From: Alphaproteobacteria bacterium
Lineage (GTDB): Bacteria; Pseudomonadota; Alphaproteobacteria; RF32; CAG-239
DNA: 64,000 nucleotides
Assembly: GCA_015062435.1 (NCBI GenBank)
Contig: SUUR01000003.1
Coordinates: forward strand, 8,184-72,183
Reading direction: 5' to 3'
Positions within the stretch are counted from its first letter, which is position 1. Every line of letters starts with the position of its first letter. Positions 39,213 through 49,668 of this stretch are shown piece after piece. The position numbers and the translations under genes are program-made. Below the pieces are notes generated by a model. It saw nothing but the letters and a program-made list of their open reading frames with translations. It did not search any database and had not been told where the DNA came from.

Positions 39213-39341
39213 TTAAACTTATCAACATCTTAACAAATATTTTTTAATATTTTAACAATTATTTTCATTTTTCAAAATCTTTGGTGACAAAATATTTATT
39301 TTACGTTATTGATATAATAGTTTTAATAAGGAATATAGCTT

Positions 39342-39836
39342 ATGTTAACAAAAGATACCTTCAGCAGAGAAGAAACTCGCCACCTTAAAATTGGTTTTGG
39401 TGTAGCAATGGGAATACTGCTTATTATTACATTCTGGATATTAGCAGATAACCGAATTAATCACCAAGAAGCCGGCACCTATTACCCGCTCCATGCACGC
39501 TTTAATCGTACAGACGGCTTATTGGTTGGAGATATTGTACGCTTAGCCGGCATGAATATCGGTAAAGTTGTAGATGCAAAATTAGATTCTGAATACAAAG
39601 CATTGCTCACTCTTGAGATAAAAGATGACATCAAACTTCCTGATGATAGTAGTGCATCTATTGTAAGTTCCGGAATAATGGGCGCCAAATATATTGAAAT
39701 TGAACCCGGCGGATCAGAAGATATGCTCATTCCCGGAGATGAATTTACATATACTCAAGATGCTATGGTTATCGAAGAACTTGTTGATAGAATTATCAGC
39801 ATAGGCAAAGCAAATCGCAACAAATCAAAAAAATAA
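39342..39836 (+). CDS. mlaD: MlaD/MCE-domain protein (copy 1)
   Basis: 164 aa. N-terminal TM helix and an MCE domain (GLLVGDIVRLAGMNIGKV...SSGIMGAKYIEIEPG). Confidence 0.75.
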   Translation: MLTKDTFSREETRHLKIGFGVAMGILLIITFWILADNRINHQEAGTYYPLHARFNRTDGLLVGDIVRLAGMNIGKVVDAKLDSEYKALLTLEIKDDIKLPDDSSASIVSSGIMGAKYIEIEPGGSEDMLIPGDEFTYTQDAMVIEELVDRIISIGKANRNKSKK

Positions 39837-39851
39837 TTAAGGAGATATCTT

Positions 39852-40307
39852 ATGAATAAAAGACCGGTAGAAACCATTATGGGAATAGTTGTTTTAGTTG
39901 TTGCAGCCTTTTTTGCATATTTTGCATACAATGTATCTGACTTACAAGTTGTTAAAGGATATAATGTGAGCGCTCGTTTTCTTAAAGTTGGAGGCCTCAC
40001 CACCGGATCAGATGTACGTCTTAATGGTATAAAAATAGGCACGGTAATTGCTCAATCTCTTGATAATCAAGATTATACCGCTGATGTCAAAATGAGTTTA
40101 TCTTCAGATATCAAACTTCCGATTGATAGTGAAGCCGCTATTGTTGGTGATGGATTGGTCGGAGATAAATTTATTAAAATAATCCCCGGACACAGCAAAG
40201 AGTTCCTAAAAGACGGAGATACAATGCAAAACACCAAAGATTTCAAAACTCTGGAAGATATGGTGGGAGAAATCATTTTTATGGTGACTGATAATGCATC
40301 TAACTAA
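39852..40307 (+). CDS. mlaD: MlaD/MCE-domain protein (copy 2)
   Basis: 151 aa. N-terminal TM helix and an MCE domain (GLTTGSDVRLNGIKIGTV...GDGLVGDKFIKIIPG). Confidence 0.75.
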   Translation: MNKRPVETIMGIVVLVVAAFFAYFAYNVSDLQVVKGYNVSARFLKVGGLTTGSDVRLNGIKIGTVIAQSLDNQDYTADVKMSLSSDIKLPIDSEAAIVGDGLVGDKFIKIIPGHSKEFLKDGDTMQNTKDFKTLEDMVGEIIFMVTDNASN

Positions 40308-41013
40308 AGCTTATTTATTATCAATCGGAACATCTGCACTGTTATTATCTTCTGTTGCACATGCCTCTAATTATTCCGACACCAATCTTGCCCGTATGCA
40401 AGCAATGGATAAAATCACCGGACGTGTCAGTGAAATAGATATCCCTGTCAACGGAGAAATGAAATTTGGCAGTTTTTCCATCGTAATCAGACGTTGCATA
40501 GCCAGTTCACCTGAAGAAACCCCTGAAAACATTGCATTTGTAGACGTTGCTGATAACTATAACAGTGACACCCCTGTCAATATTTTTAAAGGCTGGATGT
40601 ATTCATCTTCCCCTGCTCTAAATGCCGTAGAACACCCGATTTATGACGTCTGGCTCCTTAAATGCCTCAATGGTAATCCCAATCCGCAAAATTTATTATC
40701 GGCAGAAGAATTGTCTCAAAGAGATAATCTTGTTTCCACACAAAATATTACTGAAAATACAGCAGAGATTCCCTCCCCGATAAACGAACAAGAAGTTCCT
40801 ATTGGCAACAAAGATATTATTTCTCAACAAACTGATAATAGTCCCCAAACAACCACACCGGAAGTTATCTCCGTTGTTGTTTCGGCTGATGAAAAAGAAA
40901 AAGACAGTCCTAAACAACTTTTTCAAATAGAAGAACAACAACAAACTATCGGAGAAGATGTTATTGTATCAGATCAAAATGTTGAAGAAAACGGATTCGA
41001 AGAAGAAGAATAA
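40294..41013 (+). CDS. DUF2155-like periplasmic protein with an acidic low-complexity C-terminal extension
   Basis: 239 aa. Signal peptide ...VAHA. RMQAMDKITGRVSEIDIPVNGEMKFGSFSIVIRRC matches the DUF2155 pattern. Tail ends EENGFEEEE. Confidence 0.6.
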   Translation: MHLTKAYLLSIGTSALLLSSVAHASNYSDTNLARMQAMDKITGRVSEIDIPVNGEMKFGSFSIVIRRCIASSPEETPENIAFVDVADNYNSDTPVNIFKGWMYSSSPALNAVEHPIYDVWLLKCLNGNPNPQNLLSAEELSQRDNLVSTQNITENTAEIPSPINEQEVPIGNKDIISQQTDNSPQTTTPEVISVVVSADEKEKDSPKQLFQIEEQQQTIGEDVIVSDQNVEENGFEEEE

Positions 41014-41015
41014 TT

Positions 41016-42449
41016 TCACTTCCAAAAATTTTTTGTAAATACAACCAATACCGTCATAACTTCTAAACGTCCGATAATCATTGTTATCGCTAATATATAT
41101 TTAACCGTATCAGAAAGAGAAGCATAATTTCCGGTTGGACCGATAATATTACCGATTCCCGGTCCGCTATTAGTCATACATGCAATTACTGCACTGAAAG
41201 ATGTCAAAAAATCATATCCGCAAATTGAAACAATTATAGTAATAAAAGCAACTGTAAAAGTGTACACAGCCAAAAATATCAAAATTGAATAAGCAACATC
41301 CCAAGAGATATTACTCTGTCCAACTCGCAAAGGCACCATTCGATTTGGCTCCAAAATAGATATAAATGTTTTCTTTATTTGTGCCCAAACCACTTGCCAC
41401 CTGAATATCTTAATTGATCCGGAAGTCGAACCGGTACAACCTCCTGTCAGAGCAAAAACAATAAATACTGTTCCGGCAAAAACTCCCCATTTTAAATAAT
41501 CCGCTGTAACAAATCCTGTTGTTGTAACAATTGATATAATATTAAAAGACGCCATTCTTAAAGCTGTAAAGAAGTCATAAAAATCATTACTCCACAACCA
41601 AATTGTCATTAGCGCAATATAACATCCTAAAACCTTAATAAAAGCTCCAACTTGTGCTGATCTCAAAGAGTGTATATTTCTGGTAGCCAATAAGCTATGA
41701 TAAAAAGTTAAAGGAATTGCCCCCAAAAACATAAATAATATAATAACCCATTCAATTGTCGAACTGTTAAATGCTCCGATAGATGCATTTTTAGTTGAAA
41801 ATCCACCGGTTGCAATTGTAGACAAAGATTGACAGACAGCATCAAACCACCCCATTCCGGCCATTTTAAGAGAGAATAAACAGGAAAACATCAAAAGCAA
41901 ATAAACCAAAATTATTCTTTTGGCAATATAACTGATTTTAGGCATAAATTTTTCATTAACATCAGAGTTTTCTCGCTGAAATATTTGCATTCCGCCAATC
42001 CCCAAAAAAGGTAGCAAAGCTATCGCAAAAATAACTATTCCGATTCCCCCTAACCCATGTAAAATTGCTCGCCACAACAATAGTGATTTTGGTAAGATTT
42101 CTACATTTTTATAAATTGTTGCACCTGTTGTGCTGATACCTGACGCAGCTTCAAAAACAGCATCAGATAGAGGTGTTCCGTACAATACAAAAGGAACTGC
42201 CGCTAAAATTGCAACAGAAAACCAGCTGCAACAAGTCAATAAATAACCTTGTTGCAGAGATATATTATTTATCTTATTATTATTCGCCAAAAATAAAGAA
42301 ACACCGATAAACAAAGCGACTATTGATGCGGTGACAAAATAAGACCAATTTACCCCGGTATAATATATATCAACACCGGCCGGTATCAGCATAGCCAACC
42401 CCAACACGCTGATAAAATAACCGCTGATCATTAATACCGGTTGCCACAT
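41016..42449 (-). CDS. trkH: Trk-type potassium uptake protein TrkH
   Basis: 477 aa and polytopic. Repeated selectivity-filter-like motifs: STTGAT, ATGGFS, TTTGF, NSGPGIG. Confidence 0.85.
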   Translation of the reverse strand: MWQPVLMISGYFISVLGLAMLIPAGVDIYYTGVNWSYFVTASIVALFIGVSLFLANNNKINNISLQQGYLLTCCSWFSVAILAAVPFVLYGTPLSDAVFEAASGISTTGATIYKNVEILPKSLLLWRAILHGLGGIGIVIFAIALLPFLGIGGMQIFQRENSDVNEKFMPKISYIAKRIILVYLLLMFSCLFSLKMAGMGWFDAVCQSLSTIATGGFSTKNASIGAFNSSTIEWVIILFMFLGAIPLTFYHSLLATRNIHSLRSAQVGAFIKVLGCYIALMTIWLWSNDFYDFFTALRMASFNIISIVTTTGFVTADYLKWGVFAGTVFIVFALTGGCTGSTSGSIKIFRWQVVWAQIKKTFISILEPNRMVPLRVGQSNISWDVAYSILIFLAVYTFTVAFITIIVSICGYDFLTSFSAVIACMTNSGPGIGNIIGPTGNYASLSDTVKYILAITMIIGRLEVMTVLVVFTKNFWK

Positions 42450-42459
42450 ATCTCAACTC

Positions 42460-43239
42460 CTAATCAAGAGCCACGTTTTTAGAATATCCCAATTCCACCA
42501 ATTCTCGATTAATATTCTTATCTCCGATTACACAAATTGCCGTAGCAACAGATGCTTTGGTATACGCTTTAATAAAGCAATCAACTTTTTTTCCGTTAAC
42601 ATTATCATAAAGATATTGGGTAGCCTGTTTTCCTTTGGTAGAATAAGGTTTCACATAAATACCATACAAAAACAACTCCACACCGGAAACAACCATTTCA
42701 TTCGCATTTATAACAACCGCTGTACCTGATATTTTTTTTGGTTCCTCCAAATAAACCAAACCAAGATTGTTTTTTTGAGAAGGCATGTTTTTTACAGAAA
42801 TTTTAGAGTTGTTATTATCAATAGATCTCTGAGCAGGTACTTCGGTATCGGTTTTGATTGTTTTTACAATCGGAGCTGCTTTTGCCTTTTCAAAAACTTT
42901 TCTACCGCTTGATTTATTTAACACATTAACAGTTTCTTCGGATTTTTTATTATTATCAAACGCATCTAGCTTTGGCATTTCTGCAACAATATTTTTGGCT
43001 TTACCGGAAACTTGTTCTGTCGAGTTTTTAAGAAGTTTCCAATACCACAAATGCACTTCTGTCGGTTTCACACCTGCGAAAGTAGGTGCCAAAAACATTA
43101 TTAACAAAATCAACAATGTCCACCAAGGTTTGCGTAAAGGAAATGTTACAAACAAAAACACTCTATGAAAAAACTTAGCCCACCCTTTTGCCGGACCAAT
43201 ATAATCATCTTGATCATCTCTATGTTTTCGTCTTACCAT
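42460..43239 (-). CDS. Membrane-anchored protein with a C-terminal SNase (thermonuclease)-like fold; catalytic residues not evident
   Basis: 259 aa with one TM helix. The C-terminal ~90 aa align loosely to the SNase pattern, but the DGDT / DAPE-type motifs are absent. The start shares 1 nt with the metG stop (TAATG). Confidence 0.35.
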   Translation of the reverse strand: MVRRKHRDDQDDYIGPAKGWAKFFHRVFLFVTFPLRKPWWTLLILLIMFLAPTFAGVKPTEVHLWYWKLLKNSTEQVSGKAKNIVAEMPKLDAFDNNKKSEETVNVLNKSSGRKVFEKAKAAPIVKTIKTDTEVPAQRSIDNNNSKISVKNMPSQKNNLGLVYLEEPKKISGTAVVINANEMVVSGVELFLYGIYVKPYSTKGKQATQYLYDNVNGKKVDCFIKAYTKASVATAICVIGDKNINRELVELGYSKNVALD

Positions 43240-44936
43240 TATTCCTTACTCCCAAATTTTTGCTTTAACTCTTCTATTCTTTCCGGAGATATCCGTTCAA
43301 ATAGTACGTCACCCACTTCAAACGGAGTTCCTTCTCTAATAGCTCTAATTTCTTTGCTAACATCAAAATCTTGCAAACAAGGCATATCATCAGATTTTAG
43401 ACCCAAACGTTCTAACATGGAAACTGATACTGTTGGCATAATTGGAGCACTTAAAATTGCAAAAATTCTAATCAAATTAATACAATTACGCAAAATAGCT
43501 GCAGCTCTGGCTTCATCAGTTTTAATCACTGTCCAAGGCTCCGTCACCGAAATATAATTATTTCCTTCCACCCAAATTGCCCGAAGTTCGTTCATTGCTT
43601 TGCGAAATTCCATTTCATTCATATATTTCAGATAGTCATTTACTCTTGTTTGTAATGTGGCAATTAATTCTTTTTCAACTTGAGTATCTTCTCCTCCTTC
43701 TGGAACAAAGTTTCCGATTTTAGAAGATGTCATTTTGAGTACACGAGAAACAAAATTACCCAACACTCCGTTCAGATCTTTATTAACAACACCGGCAAAT
43801 AGATCAAAACTGAATGACGAATCAGATCCTTCTGGAGCATTACTCATCAGCCAATAACGCCAATAATCTGCCGGAAATTCTTTAACAGCATCTTCGGCAA
43901 ATACTCCTCTTTTTTCAGATTTTGAAAACTTACCGCCTTCATAAGTAAGATAACTCATACCTTTAAGATAATCAACTTGTGTCCAGTTTTCTCCTGTTCC
44001 GAGCAATGTTGCCGGAAAAGTAATAGAATGATAAGGTACATTATCTTTGCCCATAAACTCCACATGACGAACATTATCGGCATCAAGCCACCAATCTTTC
44101 CAATTTCTTGTTTCCGGCTTTTCGTCTGCCCACTGTTTGGTAATTCCGATATACCCGATAGGAGCATCAAACCACACATAAAATACTTTATCTTCATACC
44201 CTGGTTTATTAACCGGAAATCCCCATTTAAGATCACGGGTAATACATCGAGCTTGCAGTCCTTCTTTAAGCCATTTTTGTGCAATTGTATAAGCTACATC
44301 TGGCCAGAATGGTTCTTTAGTTTTCACCCATTCCGCCAATTTATTTTCCAATTTTGGTAAATTCAAAAACAAGTGTTTAGTTTCTCTGACTTCCAAATTA
44401 GTTGATCCAGAAACAGAACTTTTCGGATTAACCAATTCAGTTGGTTCCAAAACTTTGGTACAATTTTCACATTGATCTCCTCGAGCTTTATCATACCCGC
44501 AATGTGGACATGTACCTGTTATATATCGGTCTGCCAAAAACATATTATCATCTATCGAAAACACTTGCTTGATAGCTCTTTCTTCAATAAACCCGTTTTT
44601 ATCCAATTGTTCAAAGATATGATATGTAATTTCCTTATTTTGCTCACTTGATGTACGTCCGAAATAATCAAAAGATAAATTAAAATCTTTATAAGTTTGA
44701 GCATGACGTTCATGATACATATCACAATATTCTTGAACTCCCATACCTTCTTTCAAAGCACCGACTTCCGATGTTGTTCCATGCTCATCTGTACCTGCAA
44801 TATATAGTACTTCATTACCCATCATTCGCATATAACGAGCATAAATATCAGATGGTAACAAACAACCGACCATATGTCCCAAATGAGGAACACCGTTTAT
44901 ATAAGGCAATGCAGAAGTAACAAGCACTTTAGACAT
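43239..44936 (-). CDS. metG: Methionine--tRNA ligase
   Basis: 565 aa. HIGH-type motif PHLGHM, zinc knuckle CPHCG...CENC and the KFSKS motif. Confidence 0.95.
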   Translation of the reverse strand: MSKVLVTSALPYINGVPHLGHMVGCLLPSDIYARYMRMMGNEVLYIAGTDEHGTTSEVGALKEGMGVQEYCDMYHERHAQTYKDFNLSFDYFGRTSSEQNKEITYHIFEQLDKNGFIEERAIKQVFSIDDNMFLADRYITGTCPHCGYDKARGDQCENCTKVLEPTELVNPKSSVSGSTNLEVRETKHLFLNLPKLENKLAEWVKTKEPFWPDVAYTIAQKWLKEGLQARCITRDLKWGFPVNKPGYEDKVFYVWFDAPIGYIGITKQWADEKPETRNWKDWWLDADNVRHVEFMGKDNVPYHSITFPATLLGTGENWTQVDYLKGMSYLTYEGGKFSKSEKRGVFAEDAVKEFPADYWRYWLMSNAPEGSDSSFSFDLFAGVVNKDLNGVLGNFVSRVLKMTSSKIGNFVPEGGEDTQVEKELIATLQTRVNDYLKYMNEMEFRKAMNELRAIWVEGNNYISVTEPWTVIKTDEARAAAILRNCINLIRIFAILSAPIMPTVSVSMLERLGLKSDDMPCLQDFDVSKEIRAIREGTPFEVGDVLFERISPERIEELKQKFGSKE

Positions 44937-45088
44937 CTTTAATTTTCTCCGTTTTTTATTATTAATTCTGCCGAATTTTACAACATTTTACAAATATCTC
45001 AAGAAAAAATTTAAGAAAATACGTCTTAATCAAATTTTGATATAAAAAAATATCAAAACATTTTCAAAAAAACAAAAACCGAGCACTT

Positions 45089-47191
45089 TCAGCTCGTTTT
45101 TTTGTTTGATCTATATTTTCTTATCAATCTCATCATATTGGCAAAATCCTTTGTATTTTTAATATCCTCAACACTTTTATCAAGCTTAATCCGCCAATTC
45201 GGATATTCAAAAACTGTTCCCGGTGCATTATCTAACACCACTTGCCGATAAATATCACAAAGTCTTACCAAGAACAATGCACTTTGAGTTTTGGCTCCAT
45301 ATTCATTCACTAACAAATGTAAATTATCTTTCACATTATCAATATTCATATTTTGAGACTTAAATGCCTTAAGCATATTATCGCAATCCACCCTTCTTCC
45401 TTGCAAATTGGTCAAATACTGTTCCTCGTTAACATACAAACCGCAATTCTTAAATACCTCAATATCATTATTTTCCCAAAATCCATAAGCTGTTGCCTGA
45501 TCATGAGTAGATGGCTGTGCCAGTGACAAATATTGATATTTTTCCGGAGCAATAAACTCACCGTTTTTTTCTTTTTGCCTAAAAAACACTTTATATGAAA
45601 GCAACCCATGCTCTGCCATATACTCTCTAAATCCTTCAGGAACAGTTCCCAAGTCTTCACCTATAAGCAAACATTTTGCTCGATTACTTTCCAAAGACAA
45701 AATTGCTGTCAATGCTTTAATATCATAGTAAATATACGCTCCCTGCACAACCGGATTATCATCTTCAAAGAATCCCCAAAAAAGTCTTCTTAATCCCATT
45801 GCATGATCAATCCGCAAAGCACCTGAATACTTCATATTTTCACGTACTAATCGAATAAACGGTGCATAATGCTGTTTTTTCAGCTCAATTGGGTGATATG
45901 GTGTAAACCCCCAACTTTGTCCTTTAGGACGCATCGGATCTGCCGGAGCACCAATTCCTGCATCTAAGACATATGCTTTAGGATTTTCCCAAACCTCAAC
46001 TCCATTAGATGCTGCTCCTATTGGCATATCAGAATAAATACCAACTTTCATACCTAAAGATTTTGCCAATTTTTGAATATTTTTAATTTGCAAATCCGCC
46101 AACCAATGGCAATAAGCATAAAAGTCAATCCTTTCTGCATATTGTTGCTTTAAAATTTGAGTTTTTTCAGATAATATATCACTATATCCATCATTCCAAT
46201 AGCGCCAAAAATGACTATTTTTATGAGTTTCTGCCAAAACTTCAAACAAACACAAATTATCTAATAATTCACCTTTTTCTTTTTTATAATTTTCAAACAA
46301 TAATTTTCTATTTTTATCAGCATTATTCATAAAATAAGCAAACATTTTTTCTAAAATAGAAAGCTTAAAACATAATACCTCTTTATATAATACTAACTCA
46401 GATGTATTTAATTTATTTATATAATTTTTATTTTTTTCAAAATACAATTGAGCCTCAACAGAACATTTAAAATCTATCTCACTTTGCAGATGTATATAAG
46501 CATAATTAACAAACAACCTACTTAAAGTACGATATGGCGAAACATCACATTGATCAATTTTAAGTTTGTCATATAATTCTTTATCATCAATAATATAAGG
46601 AGACATCACCCCTAACGGGTTAATCCCAACGACATCTCCTCCATGCTGTGCTGTTAATTTTACAATTTCTGCCAAATCTGCAAAATCCCCTATACCTATA
46701 CTGTTTTTTGAATGCAGAGCATATAGCATTACAGACACACCAAACAATCTCTCATGTTTTTTTATAAATTCAGACTGAAAACAAAGAACAGGGGCATATA
46801 TTAATAGAGATTTTTTATTTTCAATTCCATTACTAACCACAACATCATAATAACCAAATTTAATATTAGTTAATTTTATATCTTCACCGGCAATAATCTC
46901 TTTATTAAAAACAACTTCTCTATTTTCAGATCTAATAACAACATTATATATTCCATCACCTAAGATAGTAAAAACAATTTCTTCATTATCATAAAAAGAC
47001 ATCACATCTGGTAATATTGGAACTTGTTCCAAATTGGAAATATCCTTATCATAATTAATAAAATCCTGAAATCCCATAGCTTTCAAAAAGAAACTTCGTA
47101 TTTTATCAGTTGTTACATGTTTTTTATCTGTTTTATCAATATAAGAAGAAGATATCCCTACCAATTCTGCTAATTTTTTAATTTTTTCCAT
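45089..47191 (-). CDS. malQ: 4-alpha-glucanotransferase (amylomaltase, GH77) with an N-terminal extension
   Basis: 700 aa. Contains RIDHAMGLRRLFW and IGEDLGTVPEGF. Confidence 0.85.
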   Translation of the reverse strand: MEKIKKLAELVGISSSYIDKTDKKHVTTDKIRSFFLKAMGFQDFINYDKDISNLEQVPILPDVMSFYDNEEIVFTILGDGIYNVVIRSENREVVFNKEIIAGEDIKLTNIKFGYYDVVVSNGIENKKSLLIYAPVLCFQSEFIKKHERLFGVSVMLYALHSKNSIGIGDFADLAEIVKLTAQHGGDVVGINPLGVMSPYIIDDKELYDKLKIDQCDVSPYRTLSRLFVNYAYIHLQSEIDFKCSVEAQLYFEKNKNYINKLNTSELVLYKEVLCFKLSILEKMFAYFMNNADKNRKLLFENYKKEKGELLDNLCLFEVLAETHKNSHFWRYWNDGYSDILSEKTQILKQQYAERIDFYAYCHWLADLQIKNIQKLAKSLGMKVGIYSDMPIGAASNGVEVWENPKAYVLDAGIGAPADPMRPKGQSWGFTPYHPIELKKQHYAPFIRLVRENMKYSGALRIDHAMGLRRLFWGFFEDDNPVVQGAYIYYDIKALTAILSLESNRAKCLLIGEDLGTVPEGFREYMAEHGLLSYKVFFRQKEKNGEFIAPEKYQYLSLAQPSTHDQATAYGFWENNDIEVFKNCGLYVNEEQYLTNLQGRRVDCDNMLKAFKSQNMNIDNVKDNLHLLVNEYGAKTQSALFLVRLCDIYRQVVLDNAPGTVFEYPNWRIKLDKSVEDIKNTKDFANMMRLIRKYRSNKKTS

Positions 47192-47291
47192 ATTTTTCTC
47201 AAAAATTTACGTACACACACAGAGATTTTATTTACTTTAAACACATTTTATCATATTATTCAAACTACAATATTACAACACAAAAGAGATA

Positions 47292-48809
47292 ATGATGAAC
47301 AATATACCAGATAACTTATCTAACTATTTACTACACCAACGTTGGTGTAATTTTAAATCCGAAATCCAAAACAACCAAATTAAAAATATTAGTTTAAATC
47401 AAACAACTTATGACAACGACAATAAATTACTAATCATCGGAAATGTTGAATTCATCAATCAAGAAAATAAATATTTTTTGATGCCTTTGAGCAAAAATAA
47501 CAATCCCCTGCCTTCTCAAACTATAAAAATTAACAATCAACACTATTCAGATGCCACACAATGCGCCGATTTTTGGAGTAGCTTAATCAATCATTTACAA
47601 CAAAATCAAAATACAATTACATTTCCTAATGGCTGGCAACTTAAATACCATATAAATCATGATAACACAAAAATTAATGACAATCTGCACTCAATATCGA
47701 AACCTTTAAATATAGAGCAAAGCAATACAACTATTGTCGTCGGAAACAAAGAAATAGCATTTAAACTAGAAAGAATCCTTTCCTTTAGTTCTCAAAATAA
47801 CCCTGAAATTGAAATGAATGAAAAATTAATGAGAGAAAATTGTAGCGTAATGCCTAAAACTTATGGATATCTCACTATTAGCAATTCCTCCGGACAACAT
47901 TCATCTTCAGGTATTATTCAAGAATTTATAATTAACAAAGGAGATATGTGGAATCACTCTTTAGAGTACTTAAAAAACAAATTAAATACAGAATACCCAT
48001 ACAAAAATACTCTTACTTCTGGCAATTGTCCTGAATTTATTAACTTATTTTCTATACTTAGCCAAAAAACTGCAGAAATGAGCAAGTGCTTATCCAAACC
48101 AGATAATAATCATCAATTTACTCCTAAAATTGTAGATGATAACTTCATACATTATTACCAAAAACAACTTTCAGTACTGCTATATCAATCACATAACTAT
48201 ATTAAACAAAATATACAAAACTTACCTAACTCCACCCAAAAAATAGCAAATAAACTATTAAAAAGCTGGAATACATCAACCAACAATTTTATCCTTTCAC
48301 AAATAAATAAAATTAAAAATTCAGACAATAAGGGATACATTTGCAGAGTACATGGAGATTTTCACCTCGGACAAATTATGATAACACATGACGAAGATCT
48401 ACGTATTATTGATTTCGCCGGAGAACCGGGCCTTCCAATAGAACAACGTAAAGAAAAACATATTTATATGCGTGATTACGCTGGAATGTATCGCTCCATA
48501 AAAGGTTATCTTGAAGCTGTTGCTATTGAAGAATTTACATCTCAAGCTACAACAAAAGAAGAACAAAAACATCGTAAACAATATGCTGAAAAAGCTCTAA
48601 AACCATTAATAAATGAAGCAAGTCATCTATTTTTAGGGAAACATTCTTTAGACAACCCTTGGCTAAAATTAGAAATTTTACGCAAAAACTTATATGAAAT
48701 TAATTATGAGGTATGTAATCGCCCCAAAATGGCTCATATCCCCATTAACGGATTAAATTTATTACTAAACAATCATCAACCGCAAATTTCTAAAAAATTA
48801 AGTCGCTAA
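47292..48809 (+). CDS. Maltokinase-like (Mak/Pep2-type) aminoglycoside-phosphotransferase-fold kinase
   Basis: 505 aa. RVHGDFHLGQIMI and IIDFAGEP resemble the maltokinase catalytic loop. Divergent from malQ. Confidence 0.6.
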   Translation: MMNNIPDNLSNYLLHQRWCNFKSEIQNNQIKNISLNQTTYDNDNKLLIIGNVEFINQENKYFLMPLSKNNNPLPSQTIKINNQHYSDATQCADFWSSLINHLQQNQNTITFPNGWQLKYHINHDNTKINDNLHSISKPLNIEQSNTTIVVGNKEIAFKLERILSFSSQNNPEIEMNEKLMRENCSVMPKTYGYLTISNSSGQHSSSGIIQEFIINKGDMWNHSLEYLKNKLNTEYPYKNTLTSGNCPEFINLFSILSQKTAEMSKCLSKPDNNHQFTPKIVDDNFIHYYQKQLSVLLYQSHNYIKQNIQNLPNSTQKIANKLLKSWNTSTNNFILSQINKIKNSDNKGYICRVHGDFHLGQIMITHDEDLRIIDFAGEPGLPIEQRKEKHIYMRDYAGMYRSIKGYLEAVAIEEFTSQATTKEEQKHRKQYAEKALKPLINEASHLFLGKHSLDNPWLKLEILRKNLYEINYEVCNRPKMAHIPINGLNLLLNNHQPQISKKLSR

Positions 48810-49657
48810 TTTTTCATTAAAAAATCCGGAAGCTTTTTAAGTTTAGAAGCACCTGCGGCATGTTTATGTCCGCCCCCGCCTAAAGATGATGCTATTTTAG
48901 AAACATCAACTTCATCTTTTGAGCTATAAAAAGACAAATTCCAAGTGTTTTTCTTATTCATATAGAAATTACACATAAAATCATAACTTTCCAAATTTGG
49001 AACAGAATCAAAAAATTCGGAATATCCTTGTGCCATATTGGCACAAATACACTTATATCCCATATATTCGCTTTCAAAAGCCATATTATGAGAAAGTCTG
49101 ATGTTTCTTATTTTTATCCAAGATAAAATTGCTTCACCTTTTGCCACCATTTCATTAATATTAATTGTGCCATCTAGCAGATTATCCCAAGTTTTATCTT
49201 CCGGCCGATTTACTCCTAATGACTGAAAAGCATATTCAAACGGACGAACACGCTTATCTCTCAAATCAAACAGATCATTTAACCCTAAAAGTACCAACCC
49301 TTCAGGTTCATTTTCATTAGGATGAAAATATTCCCATGTTAATCTCATTGCAGCAATTCCCACACGACGTAATCCTTTTATTTCTTTACTACCGTTGGCC
49401 ACCATCTGATTATATGCTTCAATAACAGAAACATGATGATCAATCCAAATCAGTTCTTTATCTTTGTTTAATTCGTTCATAAAATCCAAAGGAAGAGCTA
49501 TATCACAAATAATTATTTTTTCATGTTTTCTGATTTCATCAAAAGGAATCTCCATATCATGGTTTAGTCCCATTAGTTCAATTTCCGGAAACATTCTTTT
49601 CACAATAGCTGCAGATCCTTTTCCATCATGATCTGCAATATGATATATACAAAGCAT
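48806..49657 (-). CDS. DHH-family phosphoesterase
   Basis: 283 aa. Contains HIADHDG (DxD), WIDHH (DHH) and the DHHA1-type GGGGHKHAAG. Confidence 0.7.
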   Translation of the reverse strand: MLCIYHIADHDGKGSAAIVKRMFPEIELMGLNHDMEIPFDEIRKHEKIIICDIALPLDFMNELNKDKELIWIDHHVSVIEAYNQMVANGSKEIKGLRRVGIAAMRLTWEYFHPNENEPEGLVLLGLNDLFDLRDKRVRPFEYAFQSLGVNRPEDKTWDNLLDGTININEMVAKGEAILSWIKIRNIRLSHNMAFESEYMGYKCICANMAQGYSEFFDSVPNLESYDFMCNFYMNKKNTWNLSFYSSKDEVDVSKIASSLGGGGHKHAAGASKLKKLPDFLMKN

Positions 49658-49668
49658 ATTTCTTCCTC

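Noticed and set aside
45079-45096. Hairpin CGAGC/GCTCG at the malQ stop as a terminator.
   Set aside because: The stem is only 5 bp and overlaps the stop codon. It is plausible on the minus strand, where it is followed by a T-rich run, but too weak to list as a feature.
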